Shown here: piece by piece, positions 14,490 through 28,667 of the stretch | Layout of the letters: each line of letters starts with the position of its first letter | How positions within the stretch are numbered: the stretch's first letter is position 1 | Assembly (NCBI RefSeq): GCF_026210795.1 | Contig: NC_089431.1 | Span: 558,001 to 622,000 of the forward strand | Reading direction: 5' to 3' | Length of the DNA: 64,000 nucleotides | Origin: Rhizophagus irregularis | Lineage: Eukaryota | The notes under the pieces: model-generated | Told to the model about the DNA's origin: nothing | The model's input: the letters and a program-made list of their open reading frames with translations, nothing else | Database searches by the model: none | Program-made: the position numbers and the translations under genes

Positions 14490-17436
14490 ATGGATTTTGA
14501 ACTTGTTCCAAGTAGTAATCCGGATATATGTGACTTCGAAGAGAAGGAAGCGTTGCTATGGAAGCAGCCGACACAAGAAACCTTAAATGAAGACCTCGAA
14601 GAACAACACAACAAACCAGTTAGCCCCCCTGACGAAATTTGGATTGTAAGTGAATGAAAAAATATTTTTTAAATAATAAAGATTAAAGATTTATCTTTTT
14701 TTAAGGTCCCTCCGCTATTTAAATCGATCGAGTCATATTTAGACAATATTGAAAAAAAAACAAATACGTTTATGATTCTTAGTAAAAATGAAGGCGTAAG
14801 CGAGTTTTACTTGAATAATAAAATACATTGCAGAACAGTTTCATTAATAGTATTATTAATTATGTTTTGACAATATTTTAGAAAATCGAAATATGGGGAG
14901 CGCCTGAAGACATTCAGGAAGCTATCATACGACTTAATAAATTAAACGATAATAAACTCGACTACGTGGAAGAACGCCGAAAAAATGAAAAACGTGAATG
15001 GGCTATTAAAACAAAGGAACCTGGTTGGGGAAAACCTGAAAAAGCTCCTACTAGTAAAAAAGAAGAAAAAAAGTTGAAGCGTAGAGAGGAACGAAAACGT
15101 GAAGAAGAAATCTACAAAAAAAAACCAGAGGAATCACAAAAGTTTCCCTTTAATGTATATATTGTCTTTCCCTATACCGAAATTCAAGCAACGATATTTT
15201 TCGGGGATAAAGAAGTGCTCTTGAATCCAGTGCGTGTTGAGACCAAATGTCATATATGGTATGAGAAGCGAGTGGGTGGTAAAGGCGTAAGTATTGTGTA
15301 AATAATGTTACATCTTTAGATCCTAAATAAATATATTAAGTTGTTTTTTCCTTTTAAAAACTTCAATAGATAATAAATATTGTCGGAAAAACAAAAGAAT
15401 CAGTTGAAGAATCAACAAAGCGAGTAGGGCATATGTTTGTAAAAACGTTTAAAGTATGAAATACAATTTCTTATCCATGAATTACCCTACTTAATTTATT
15501 TTTATATTAATTTAATTTTTTTTTTTTTTTTTTTTTTGCTAGGCTAGATCCGTCCCTAACCATGGCTGGGTACTTCATGCCTTAGATCCACCAAACAAAC
15601 CGTACCGAATCAGAATAACGGACCCACCAGATTATTTTTATTTACCTTACGAAAGATTAAATTCAGGCTCACAAAATTCAGGCTCACAAAATTCAGGCTC
15701 ACAAAATTCTGGTTCACAAAATTCAGGCTCACAAAATTCTGGTTCACAAAATTCAGGCTCACAAAATTCTGGTTCACAAAATTCTGGCTCACAAAATTCT
15801 GGCTCACAAAATTCTGACCCACTAAAGTATAAGCTTATCGAGCCCGTTTACGAAGGAAAAAGGATATCAACCGTTGGAGGTTCTAAGGAAATAAACCAAA
15901 ACTTCAATATTGATAAATTAAGAGAGTAAGCCTTTTTTTTAAAAAAAAAAAAAATCTTATCTCGAATATTTATAAGATTATTAAGATTATTTCAATAAAT
16001 ATTTAGAAATTATGAAAAAACTGTAATAGCGATCAAGGAATCTTTCCTTAAGGGTCTTGAAGCGGTCCACTTATTTGATGAAGAAATAAGAATGAGAATT
16101 AGGTATATTTTTACGCATAATATTTTTTTTTTAAGGATTATTCAATATTGATTATTCACGAATGCTATATAATTATTATTCAGGTTTGGTCGTATATATT
16201 TAATAAACTCCAAAAATTTCTTAATACCAGTTGAAAAACTCAATAATAATGTCCTGTCAAAATCCAAATTTGCTACATGGCAAGTGATCATAAGTCATTA
16301 TTTTGTTTTTTATATAAATTTTTAATGATATTCTAGATGATTATTTTTTGTTTCTTTTTTAGTCTTGCCACCGAGGAAGAACAACTGAAACGTTTATTTG
16401 AAGTACTTTCCGGGGATGGGCAGCAAGAATGGAATGGTTCGCCATTTAGAGAATTTAAAATTTGCGTAGCGCGTAAAAACTTTGACGATAAAAAAGACTC
16501 TGATGATAAGAAAGAAGAATTGCCACAATGTATATTTGATATAAAATTTGAGAAGGACCTCATTAAGAGTACTGATAATGGTAAAAATAGTGAGAAATAC
16601 GAGGGGAAGATCAGATTATGGAACGCAGTAATACACCAAAAAAACATATTAGACATCAACATGATGAGTATAGATAAGTTAGTATATTATGCATATTATT
16701 TAAATTGATTGAAATGTTTCTTAATGTATTTATTCATTTATTTATTTATTTAATTAAAAATATTAATTACTTTTTTAAACGAATAGTTATTCTTGGAAAT
16801 TAAATCTTCAAACGGCAACTCGCCTACCTATTAGCTTTAAGTGTCCTCAAGGAAAATTCGTTAGTAAATTACGAATCTGGTAACTAGAATAAATTTTTTA
16901 AGTAACATTAATAATTCTTACTAATTAATTAATTTATGAATAATAAAATAGTCAACAAGGCCGTTTGGTTTATTCAAATACCGAACAAATAAGGGTTATA
17001 TCAGTATGCGAAAAAACAAAACGGAAATTTTGGTGGAATGATAACTACGTTGTAGAAATTACAAAATATGAATATTGGAACCTATCAAGGAAAATGAAAG
17101 TTACTGGGATTGAGTTCCCTTTAAGTGATGAAAAACCGCCTAAAGTTTCCTACGGCGTGACTGTAAGTAAATTGACCATTATTTTCCTTTCTTTTATAAA
17201 GTTATGTATTCTTATTCATTATTTTATCGATATAGTTATATAAGTCGACTTGGGAAGATTATTTTGCCCATAATAGTAACTTAAAAGTTGGGGAAGCTCC
17301 CGAGTGGCATCCATATGAAATTATGGATGAAGAGATAGATTTGTGGAGTGACATAAAAAGATTTTTAAAAGTACTTCAAAGTAATCATCCAGTGCAAGTA
17401 AATAAAAGCTCCTACAAATCAGATGAACGACAGTAA
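14490..17436 (+). CDS. Multi-exon KH-like domain protein, paralog of 1-2877
   Basis: ATG 14490 (MDFELVPSSNP), stop TAA 17434-17436. Exons are collinear with the first copy (KIEIWG, FPFNVYIVFP..LNPVRVETKCHIW, HLFDEEIRMRI, SPFREFKI, YEGKIRLWNAVIH, VGEAPEWHP). One GC-AG intron at 16280-16362. Confidence 0.85.
15660..15815 (+). repeat. 15-bp coding tandem repeat, 10 copies, encoding (NSGSQ)n
   Basis: AATTC(A/T)GG(C/T)TCACAA repeated in frame in the exon that starts at 15543. Confidence 0.93.
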
Positions 17437-19499
17437 TGTATCAATTAGCTAAATATATTAGTATTCATTATTTAAATTCATCATTTCATTAAATTTAATT
17501 TTACAAGATATTACAGTATGATATTAAAGATATTTTTACAATAAATTTTATAAGTCATGAAAATTAATCAATATTATTTTGTATTTTTTATTGTTGCAGT
17601 TTCTCATCCATTTTTTTGACTTTAAAAGTTTAATCATTTTTGTCTAATATAATATATTTAGCAATTTTTAATATGATTGCTAAACAAATTTCGCATATTT
17701 ATTTTATTATTTTTATGGGAGCGTCGACGTTTGTTATTAATCCGGTAACTAATTATTTTGGCACTAATCATTTTCTTTTATGAAAATAATCCTAATCAAT
17801 ATAATCAAAATTAAAATGTAACATGTCTATACTACCGAAGTGAAAAATATATTATATACGAACATTTACAGTATATGATTATAAAAATGTTATTATGGAG
17901 ATTATTATAATATAAATTTATATTTATTTTTTATAAAAATTTTAATTATTAAAAAATAAAAAACATAAAATTCTAATAGATTTATTTAACCTTTGCTCGA
18001 GTTGATTAATTACATGATCGATTACGAACGAATAAAATTAATTATTTTAGAATATAATTTTATATTATTAATAATGGAAGAGAAGAAAAAGAATTTAAGA
18101 TATCACTATAATATTCATTTCCCATAGAGTTTTCTTACTTCTCATAAGATTCACAAGTTTAACAATTAGGATCATATGATAGATCTAAACTTTGATAATT
18201 TTGATTTAAGGAAGAGAATTTTGGAACAAGCACATTTTTTCGATCTAATTCTCTTAATTTAATAATACATGAAACAATTTGAAATATGCAACAACCATGG
18301 AAACGTAAATAATTTTCTTTCTAATTCGTTAACGGAGATACTTACTATCAGCTATATTACAGTATTAAAGAATATAAATGATGAAAAATGATTATATACA
18401 AAATATGCAGTTATGCACTCCACAGAAAATAAATATTGTCATTAATAACTTACAATTATAAAATTTTATATTTACTATTTTAAACTTTATATCGACAAAG
18501 ATTCAATAATAATATGCTAAGGTAATACAAATGGCACTACAAATTAACTGTACCAATATCTTTTTCAACGCACGAATATTCGTTTGCGAAGATCTTTAAG
18601 ATTAAAACAGAATCGTCAAACAAGATTATCATCCCAGAATTAATTATAATATTATACTACTACAACAAAATTAATAAAAAAGAAACAATACGTGTAAGAA
18701 ACAAAAAAAAAATTCAAAGGAATTTATGGTGAAATGTTAAAAATTACCATTATAGTGTAATATATCAAATGTATATGAACGTAAGATGAATAATAAAGTT
18801 TAAAATTTTATTGTATACTACGAACTCACTAAAAGAGTAAACTTATTAAATTGGTAAATTGGTTAAAGGGAAAAAAGTCACGTGCGATTAAAGAAAGTTT
18901 TTTTCTGTAAAGTAAAATTTAATAAAATTGTGTCTTAACGTATTTAGGCAACTACTAGGATCAACTAAAGTGATTTTTATAATTTTGTATATCAGATATA
19001 TTAAAAGATCACTTTTCCAACTATTACGTTATATCAAAAGATTCACTATCTCAATTACTACGTTACATTAACTGTTTTTTCTTCTAACAATTAAAAGATC
19101 ATGATGCTATTGTAAGATCTTGAGGTAAAAGATTTCATGATGGTATTGTGGGAATCCACAATAATAAATAATTGAACATATTTTCATTAATTTAATTTTG
19201 TCCTAGTAATGCTGGCCAACCCACGTAAGGCATTATAACATTGGGGCAATATTGAGCTGATAATGTAGGCCGGCGTCATCTGACGCAAATCGGCTCTGAC
19301 GCGCAACATATACAAAAGAGAAAAGTTTTATTATAGAAAAAATTTGTGGAATTATACTGATTAATAATTGATTTTTTCGCCTAATTAAGTAAATTTCATG
19401 ATAAATATGCAACCTACTATTTTCTTTCTAAAAAAAAAATAATAATAAATAAATTAAGTCGAAAAACAAGTTTAAATACTAATTATTAGATGCAAATCA

Positions 19500-20030
19500 G
19501 TTTAAACTCCTTAATATGTCTTTTGATTGAACTTTCAAGCAAGATGAAATTTTTCTTCAAGACGCTCCATGACCTTGTCCATACCACCGCCATTATAGAT
19601 TCTAATCAATTTTCATTATAAGTTTCTAGTTGTACCATCTCTAGCCACTTTTTTTATCACTAATTTTTTTACAACGCTAGTTTATGCAATATTTCTTTAT
19701 TTAGATCTGATAATAATGAAGGATTTGATCGTTTACTCATCGTTAATTCAGAAATAAAGGAAGTTTTGTTAATAAATAAGAAAATTCAGAAAAAAAAGTT
19801 TATTAAAATAGAGATATCCAAATGCGTAAGGAACTTAAATACAATAAGATACTTACTAAATTTAAGTAAATGACTCAAGCTTTTGTCAGTCTGATCCATT
19901 ATTGCAAGTAAGCTTATATTTTTGTGTAACAGCTATAAAATAATTACATTCGTTATTAATTTTTCAACTCATAATAATTTAGCAAATTAGGATCGAAGTA
20001 AGCTTCACATCGCCATTGCAGTTTAGCATT
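19500..20030 (-). pseudogene. Decayed paralog fragment of the 26864-28667 gene
   Basis: 19520-19690 aligns by eye with 26900-27065 (TTTGATTGAA..TTTCTTCAAGA..GTCCATACCACC..AGATTC..TAGCCAC). It carries indels; splice-site-like remnants lie upstream. Confidence 0.65.
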
Positions 20031-20779
20031 AGAAATTTCTCTTAATTATTATTAGTTTTGAATACACGTAATCTAATTTATTTAAATATTTTTTAAAATA
20101 GAATTGTAGAATTAATGAAATAATGTTGAAATAATAATTTAGTAAAGTTTCCTTTTCTTTAAAAGTTGAAATTTTAATGTTTAACAACTAAAAATAAAAA
20201 GAAGTTTCATCATTAAAACAAAATGTTAATAAATCCGTAATTATATATTATAAGAAAAAATTCTTATTAAATGTGAAGCTATCACATACAGTATATCATG
20301 CAAAATATTAATTAATTGGTAATATTCCTATTCTCTTACACTTTCTGGACGACTTGGGCATACATTAGATCTTTTTATATGTTGGAAAACCGTAAACAAA
20401 CGACATATAAAATGTATGGGCATATAAAATTAATGAGTCTATAAGCAATTTAATTAACACTAAAATATTCCAGATAATGTTTAATTCAGTTAATATAAAT
20501 TATGTGATTTATAATTTCAGAACGTTAAATTGTCTTTTTTTATTATAGAAATGGATTTGTTAATACAAGAGCCATTTACTATTTGAGTTTTTACACCTCA
20601 TCAAAGATTAGTAAGATTGGTATTTTTTGAAAATACTTTGTATTTTAAGTATTAACAAAATGTAACAAACCTAGATCTCTTATGTAACCATCTTAACCAT
20701 TTCGGGTTAGATTAGTTCTCTTTCTTTTTATGATCATTGATCAAATCGCAGTTGCTTACGAATTTTCTTTGTCACAAAG

Positions 20780-21103
20780 TATACAATCTTACTAAAATTC
20801 AAGGAAAGTATATCCCAAAATTGGTATGTTATGGTTATTATGGGGTGGAATGGGTTATGTTATAGGTATGACAATTGTTGGTACTGTGTTGAGTTTCCAT
20901 AAGATAGAAAAATGGCAAAGAATCGGTCTCTCAGGATATTAAAAATAATTCATAGTCACAACATTCTTCACAACGATATTCGAGAAGAAAATTTCTTATT
21001 TAATGACGAAGGCAATATATTTTCTATTGACTCCGGAAAGTCAATTATAACTGATAAAAAGAAGTTGTTTCATCAGGAGGAATCTGAATTATCTATTTAT
21101 TGA
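20780..21103 (+). pseudogene. Crinkler-type/atypical kinase C-lobe fragment, frameshifted
   Basis: KIQGKYIPKLVCYGYYG..GMTIVG..IHSHNILHNDIREENFL..IDSGKS: catalytic loop HNDIREEN present, DFG changed to DSG. Frameshifts near 20845 and 20915; no N-lobe. Confidence 0.75.
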
Positions 21104-24100
21104 AATGTTACATGTAATTAAATATTGTTATGTGAATATCATTATCTTGATAGTATCTTGATTGTAACTTTCTATATTACACGATTATATTAATTAATAA
21201 AGTGATAACTATTTGTTATATTATGCAAAAACAAAGTTAAATTTATAACTGTAAATTGAGCAGCCATCCCGCCCCCGCTTCTAAAAATAAATTATACCAA
21301 TTTTAGGTCATGCTATTTTAATCATATGAGAATTTTGAACTAGGGCCATATTACAAGTAATTTTTATTTAAAAGTTTTATAAAGTGGCTTATTATTACAT
21401 TTATACTTTTTTTTTTGCGTATATTTTGGCAAAAAATAAACGCGTTAAATTACAATATTTTCTTTACAAAATCGTACATTTGTAAATAGCTAAACATTAT
21501 ATTATACCCATTTATTTCTAGACATATATTTAACATGTTTATATGTATAATTGTAACTAGAAGAAAATTAATTACGTGGTAGAATGTAATAAGCTTCAAA
21601 CATATTGATTAGAGTATTCTAATTTTCTAACCTTACCTATGATATTATCGTTCCTCATACTTTTAGAATTTAGGCAACAAAAATATTTGGTTACTTAGCT
21701 AAATAAAAGTATTAAATAAAATGTCACAATATATCACATGATTTATGTGTTGTGCTTCAGAAAATGGGATGAGATAGGAAGAAAGTGATACAAATCAATC
21801 CCATATCATATGAATTATTAGTAGTGTGGCAGAGCATAGTGTGTAATTCAACTGCACCATACAGCTCTTGACAACAACTTGGCATACAAAAAGAGATGTA
21901 AATTTTATCATAAATTATCAAAGCCCAATACATAGCCACATATTATTATTATTATTATTATAGCTTAAAAACATAGCCACTTATTATCAATATAATTCAA
22001 AAGTCTAAATACAGGAAAACATGTATAATTAAAGCTTAAGTTATAGCCTCATTCTAAAGTATAGCCACACATATAAGAAATACATTATAATATTACTTTA
22101 ATTATGATTTAATATTTAAATAAGATACTTATTAATTTGAAATATATAAGTTTTATTTATTAAGAAGAATACTATATATATTAATATTATTAGTTGTAAA
22201 TTAATTAATTAGCAGGACTTTTATAAAATGTTTTTTAATATATATAAATAATTTTGCCTATAATTTTTTTTACTGTTTTATATATATTTGTAGTAAAGCA
22301 AAATTACTATATAAATAATAATTGACTGATAATGCAATATTATGACAAAGGTATAAAACCTGTTATTCACTTAATTTTATTGAATTAATTATATTAGAAA
22401 TTAAAAAACATCAACTTTGTAATTTACTTATCTACTACTACTTTATCATATGATCATATAATAGCACTCCTGTTACAAAATTTTAGAATAATTCTGCACC
22501 AACATCTAATCCAACAGTTAGATCAAACCATTTATTACAGATATCTTTCATCGATAATGTAAATTTATTAAAAAAAACTCCTTTTTTAATTATATATTTT
22601 TTATATATATATTTAATGAATTGTTGTGAGTAAAAAATCAGTTATTTATAATAGGCTTATTCCTATGGCTTAGTTATAACCAAATTTAGATTTAATATTA
22701 GTAATATATAAATGGATTATTGGATTGTTATCAAAGACTACTAGTGATACTCACCAATAATATTTTGACAATAAGCCACATAATCTGATATTATTATATA
22801 TAATCAATCAAATGAATTTTTCTAAAAATTATTTAACAGCCTTCAATTTTTTTTATATAATATCTATTTACAAACATGCCAATATAGAAATTATTAATGG
22901 ATTATTTATACACCTGAATTGCAACAAAATGAATATTAGCAAATACTATTCCAATTTTTAGATCAATGAACTTTATTCATACCAATCACACTATTATTAC
23001 TATTATTAGAAGAACAATATAAGTACTTAAGGATGGATATGAGCGAACTGATGAGAATAAGCAATATATTAAGAAAGAAAAAGAAGATTTGCAGGAAAGG
23101 ATGGTTCAATTAGGATGAGATAAAAGAAATTTGGATGGTTAGGCATGTTTATTTGGAATATATTACTACTTTATAAACAATATGATTTATTACCACTATA
23201 CCAACTACAATTATGACATTAATTATAATAATAGAAAAGATTATTCTAATATATCACAAAATCCTCAATTCTAAATATCAAAATTGGGGATTATTAATGA
23301 ATTACTTATTTTTCTTATACAACTGCACCAGACAAATACTGGAACAGTTAATGAAATAGGCAGTAGTAACAATTTTAATACTTTTAATATTTAAGTAAGA
23401 AGGTTGATTACTTATAGAAATGTTTGGCATAATATAACACACAAAACATGTTGTGATAAAGGAAAAGATAAGGACCAACACAATAAAGCTCTTCAAATTA
23501 TAGAATATAGATATAGTAATGGGTATTAATGCAGATTTTCATATTGGAAAAACAGAAATATTATACTTTAGCACTCACAAAATGTGCAAATCTTTTGTAT
23601 AATTAATTCAAGAAAATTAGGAAGATTAAATTGTTAAAAATAGATTGTAATGTAGGGATTGCAATTATAATTCAGTAAATTTATGAAGGAAAAATTTGGG
23701 AAAATTTATTTGACATTCCAAAATGTAGACCTAATTAATTACAAAGATATTTATGATATAATTAATTTACAAATAATAATCCTGAAAAATGGTCATTAAA
23801 TATGTTCTTAAAAAGAAAAAAACATAACCAAGAAACAAACATTAATGTATCTTGAAATAAGAGTATAGGATTTACAAAGCCAATATAAAAGTATTCATGA
23901 TAATATTAACACTATATTAAAAATATTTAAAATATATTAAATCAAAGTCTAGGAAAGAGATGAATACATTCAACAACTTCGAAATGAAAGGACCAATGAG
24001 CATCTTGCATTACGTCATCAACTATCAGTTCTGAGAGAAGATTGTAATAGGTTGCGTCGTGAAAGAAATTCTGCTCATTCTGCTCTTCATAGAGCTGAAG

Positions 24101-26863
24101 GAATGGTTTAAAGCTTAGATATAAATTACAACTATAATGGCAAATATATTAATGCCAATATCACAACCACTGACAACAAGAACTACTATTAAATGATAAA
24201 TTGCTACACCAAGGAAATCAAACAAGCAAAACGAACAGTCACACTACAAGTTTACAAATACCATATGAGTTTTATTTTTATAATCTTAAATCTTGATTAA
24301 CTTATTATCATTATTCAATTAAGTAATAAAGATTTATCAATAATTTTGATAATACAGCTAAAGAGTGTTAAACGTTGAGGGTGAATGATAGGATGAAGAA
24401 TAGTGAAAAGCAGAAAGAGGACGATATCATTCTTTAGCATAAATATTATTTATTTTTATTTATATAAAATTTCTTTAATTCTCTTTTTTAAACACATTAA
24501 AATTAAATTTATATTTTATTAATTAAATATTTAATTTCAAAATATATCACTATTATTAATTATTTGCAATAATGCTTGAATTCAATAATTAGTATATGAA
24601 GAGCATGCTAAAAGTTCTCAAGATGCCATTCAAGAATCCCAGACACAATTGAAAGAATCACTACAAAAATCCAACATGTCTTTGAACAGCATGCTCAATG
24701 AGAATAAATCAAAAACAAATGAAAAAGGGATGTATGATTAAGCATTATTTTTGAAGGCTGAAAAAATAGCGATACAAGGTATAATACAATTCAGTGACCC
24801 TGAACATAGCCATGTTACTTCACTGTACAAAAATATTTTGATGTCGCTAACAGAGGAGTTATCTTTAACCCACCAATAGTTACTAATGTTGATGGATGTA
24901 AGGGAATTCCGGGAGATTAATGGTTGATCTTACTTTTTTGTCGACATTGATCAAAGAATGTTGATCAGAATATTCTACATATGAGCGGATTCTGACTTAT
25001 TTAATAAGCCACCAGAATGATTGAACCCTGATTTAATTGGTTAATCAGTACCTTTTAAACTAGCAATTTTTTTCTATTCATTGCTTTTTTGAGCTAAATT
25101 TCAGTATGGGTAAGTTTTTTGCTAATTATAAAAGAATAAAATATTATTTTTTTTATTTTGTCTCATAGGAAAGCTATTTTTTTTTTGTAAAAAAAATTAT
25201 TCCTTTCTTTGTGAAAGGCTAACTTTTTATTCCTTTCTTTGTATGAAAGGCTAATAACTATTTTTTTTTTTTTTAATATTAAAAAATAGGAAAGATAAAA
25301 AGCCCCTATTGTCATCAAAACAACTTACAAAAGTTATCATTATTTTTTGAAAGTGATAATATTGATAATTTAAAAGGCATCAAATCAAAACTAATTAATG
25401 ATTGGTTAGCAGCTACATTAAATAATGGGTAGTAAAATAATTAAGATTAATCAATGTTTTATTTAATAATAATAATTTTAATAATTTTAGTTATGGATTG
25501 TTTCATTTTGATACTATTGAGCAGAAAGATAAAATTTTAATTTTGTAAGAAACAAAGATTTTATTGGACCACATGCAAAAAGATCAAATTTAGGTTATCA
25601 ACAGCTCCTGTGGAAGTGTGGAAGTGTGGAAGTTGGCGATATAGTAAGTTATTACTAAATTAATTATTAAAATTTTTTTCTAATATATATGTAAAAATTT
25701 TTTGTTATAGGAATTCATTTGCTCCTTGAAAAAAAAAGTAAAATCAAAAATAACTTCAATTTTCAAATCGATGAAAGACAATAAAGCGTCGTCCAACACA
25801 TCAAAAGGTAATACCGCATCGTCCCATCAGGTAATATAGCATCACCCAACAGATCATCAAAGGGTAATACAGCGTTATTCAATGCTCAAAATCTATTCAT
25901 TGGTGACCTTTTAAGTTTCTAAAAGTAATTATTGTAATATTTACTACCTATCCTTTAGAGATAAGAATAAATTTAGAGTTGAAGAAAAGTAAATTAGAAA
26001 TTGAATTACAGGAACTAGGGAAACTAGAGGACAAAATTCAAAAGATTAAAGCAGATCTCCAGAAAATTGAAGGAGTTCTAATACGGCCTTACATGGTCGT
26101 GTTCTCATTAATTCAATTTCTAACATATAAGTTTTCGCATCAGTAAATAAGTATTTGATTCTTTTAATAAATTTATTATTTTGTTATTTTTAAATAACAA
26201 TATGCTTTAAACATAAATATATGGTGTAAATTTCAAATTTTTAATATTTTTTTTAATAAAAATGATTAAATCAAATAAAAAGGTTGTTTTTTATTTCTAA
26301 GAAACCGAAGTCCAGATCCACATTTTATTTAGAATATTAATAATTTTGAATTATAACTAGCCAATAAAATAGCGTGGTTAAAAATCCTAAATAAATGGCC
26401 AATAGAAATTGATCTTTTTTTATAAACAAAGATTAAAATTACTATTGACTATTCATTATGTTTATTTATAGACTTTAGGATTTTTAATCATGCTTAAATA
26501 AATATTATTATTTAATTGAAAATATTAAATATTTTCATATAAATAAATGATTGCTTCATAACTTATAATAATGAATAAAAAGATTTTTAAGACGTAAAAA
26601 TTCATTAAAACTTTTAATAAAGAATCTAACTTTATTCATATAAATAAAATATGCTTTGGCTCTTTATTTTATCATGCTTTTATTTGTTTTAATAAAACCT
26701 AAGAAATAACATACATGCATTCCGTTTTGTCATATCTGTAAAGCTAAAAATTCATGGAATTATTGGTAAAAAATTACTTATTTAATGATCCCATTCCTTC
26801 TTTTCTAAATAAAAGTTCACATTATAAGGAGTTAAATCCCAATTATTGAAATTCAACCCTTAT

Positions 26864-28667
26864 CTATTGCTTGTTTTGTAATGACTCCTTAATTTGTCTC
26901 TTTGATTGAAATTTTAAGCGAAAAAAAAATCTTTCTTCAAGATGCTTCGTAACCGCGTCCATACCACCACTATCAAAGATTCCAATCAAATTTTTAATAT
27001 AATCTACTATTGAGCCATATTCTTTAGCCACCCTTCTTATACTCAACTTTCTTACAATGTTATCCAATTTACCAGGAGTTACCTCAGGATTATATTTCAT
27101 AGCAAGACTTGCGATGGCTAATTCCTGTATAGCATTCGCCATGATTTTATTACATTTTCTTTCCATTATATTATCTGTTATCCCATTATTATTTGGTAGA
27201 TTCGGATTTGATGGTGAAGTTGTTGAAGACTGTTGGATCCCCTGATTAAATACAACCTCGTTCAGATGATTGGGAGCTATATTAGTTCCCATTTCCTCTA
27301 TTTTCATCATTCTATCACTTCTCTGTATTTTTCTTTGAGGTAGTCCGCTTGAAAATTCGGGTAAATAATTGAATTTTCTCTTATTATTAATATTAACGTA
27401 ATTAGAATCATGACGGAGGTTATACTTGCGCCATACTTGGCTATCTTGAGGATGGAATTCATTTCTACAATAGGGATTCAAGTATGTCTTAACTGATTTT
27501 TGGTGATTTATTTCTAGAACATACGATTTTTGAATTAATACAACAATTTCTTTTCAAAAAAAGAACATTAATCAACTTACCTGCATTTAATAACTTCTCA
27601 TAAAATACTGCAGCCAACTTCTCTAATTTAAAAAAATCCGGTCCATAAACTTTTGCTAATAAAAACAGAGTTAAATTTTTTGTTTTTAATGAATAAAATC
27701 TTATGAAATCGCTTTAATTACCTGAATTAATCCTATTAAACAAAATTATACTCAATTGATGTAGCAATACACAAGAATTATTATGATAGGGTTTAAGATA
27801 AACACTATCAATTTGAAATATTTCTTGATATTTATTAGAAAAATCAATCATGATATTCAAAATATCAAATTCATAATTATATGAATTTAAAAATCTAATA
27901 ACTTTTTCAACAAAACTAACTGATGGTTTAAATTGCTGTTCCACAGGTACTTGATTCAACACATGTCCAGTTTCGGGTAATTTGTTTAAAGGTGCTTGAT
28001 TTAACGCATGTTCGGTTTTGGTTAATTTATTTGAAGGTGCTTGATTCGAGGCATGTCCAGTTTCAGTTAATTGATTTGAAAAATATACCGTAGGTTGAGG
28101 GATATTATCATCAATTTCCATATCAATTTCTTCATCATCTTGCACAGTAGTTGAAGAAAATATATTATGAATATTACTTTCAGTAATATCGATATGCTCA
28201 CGTTCTTTATTTTTAGCTTCATTATATACGCGTTGATTATCAATGTCAATATCACTATGTTCCCTTTCTTTACCTTTACTAGACGCGAGTCGATAATCAT
28301 TTCTAATAACTGTATGTTCTCGTTCTTTACCTTTACTAGATACTATTCGATTGTCGGTTCTAATATCTCGTTCTTTATTATACACGGGTTGATTATATTT
28401 TTTAATATCGTTATGATCTCTTTCTTTATATTTAGAATTATTAGAGACAAGTTGATTATCAGGGCTAGTTAATATAGGTATTATTTTAGGAACTGAAGGC
28501 GAAGGAAGTGCCATAACTTTATTAACAGGAAAATTAGTAAAATGATTTGTTGTTGTCACAGGAAGAGAAATAAAATTATTTCTCGAGCTATTTTGTAAAC
28601 TTTTACTTGAGTGATTGGAAAAAGGTTGTGTATAAATGATTTTCGAATTAAATGAGTTAGAACCCAT
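26864..28667 (-). CDS. Hypothetical protein, 3 exons (about 556 aa), disordered N-terminal half
   Basis: Exons 28667-27722, 27655-27581 and 27513-26864 join in frame via GT-AG introns. Internal short repeats (SSKGKEREH, ETGHxxNQxP). Confidence 0.82.

Noticed and set aside
15610..15822. Minus-strand ORF (QNFVS)n
   Set aside because: It is the antisense shadow of the in-frame NSGSQ repeat of the + strand gene.
19210..19305. GC-rich island with a possible stem (GCTGGCC...GGCCGGC), candidate tRNA or ribozyme
   Set aside because: No cloverleaf, T-loop or hammerhead core could be built.
24550..26100. Possible spliced gene remnants
   Set aside because: Splice-like signals are present, but no consistent open frame could be assembled.
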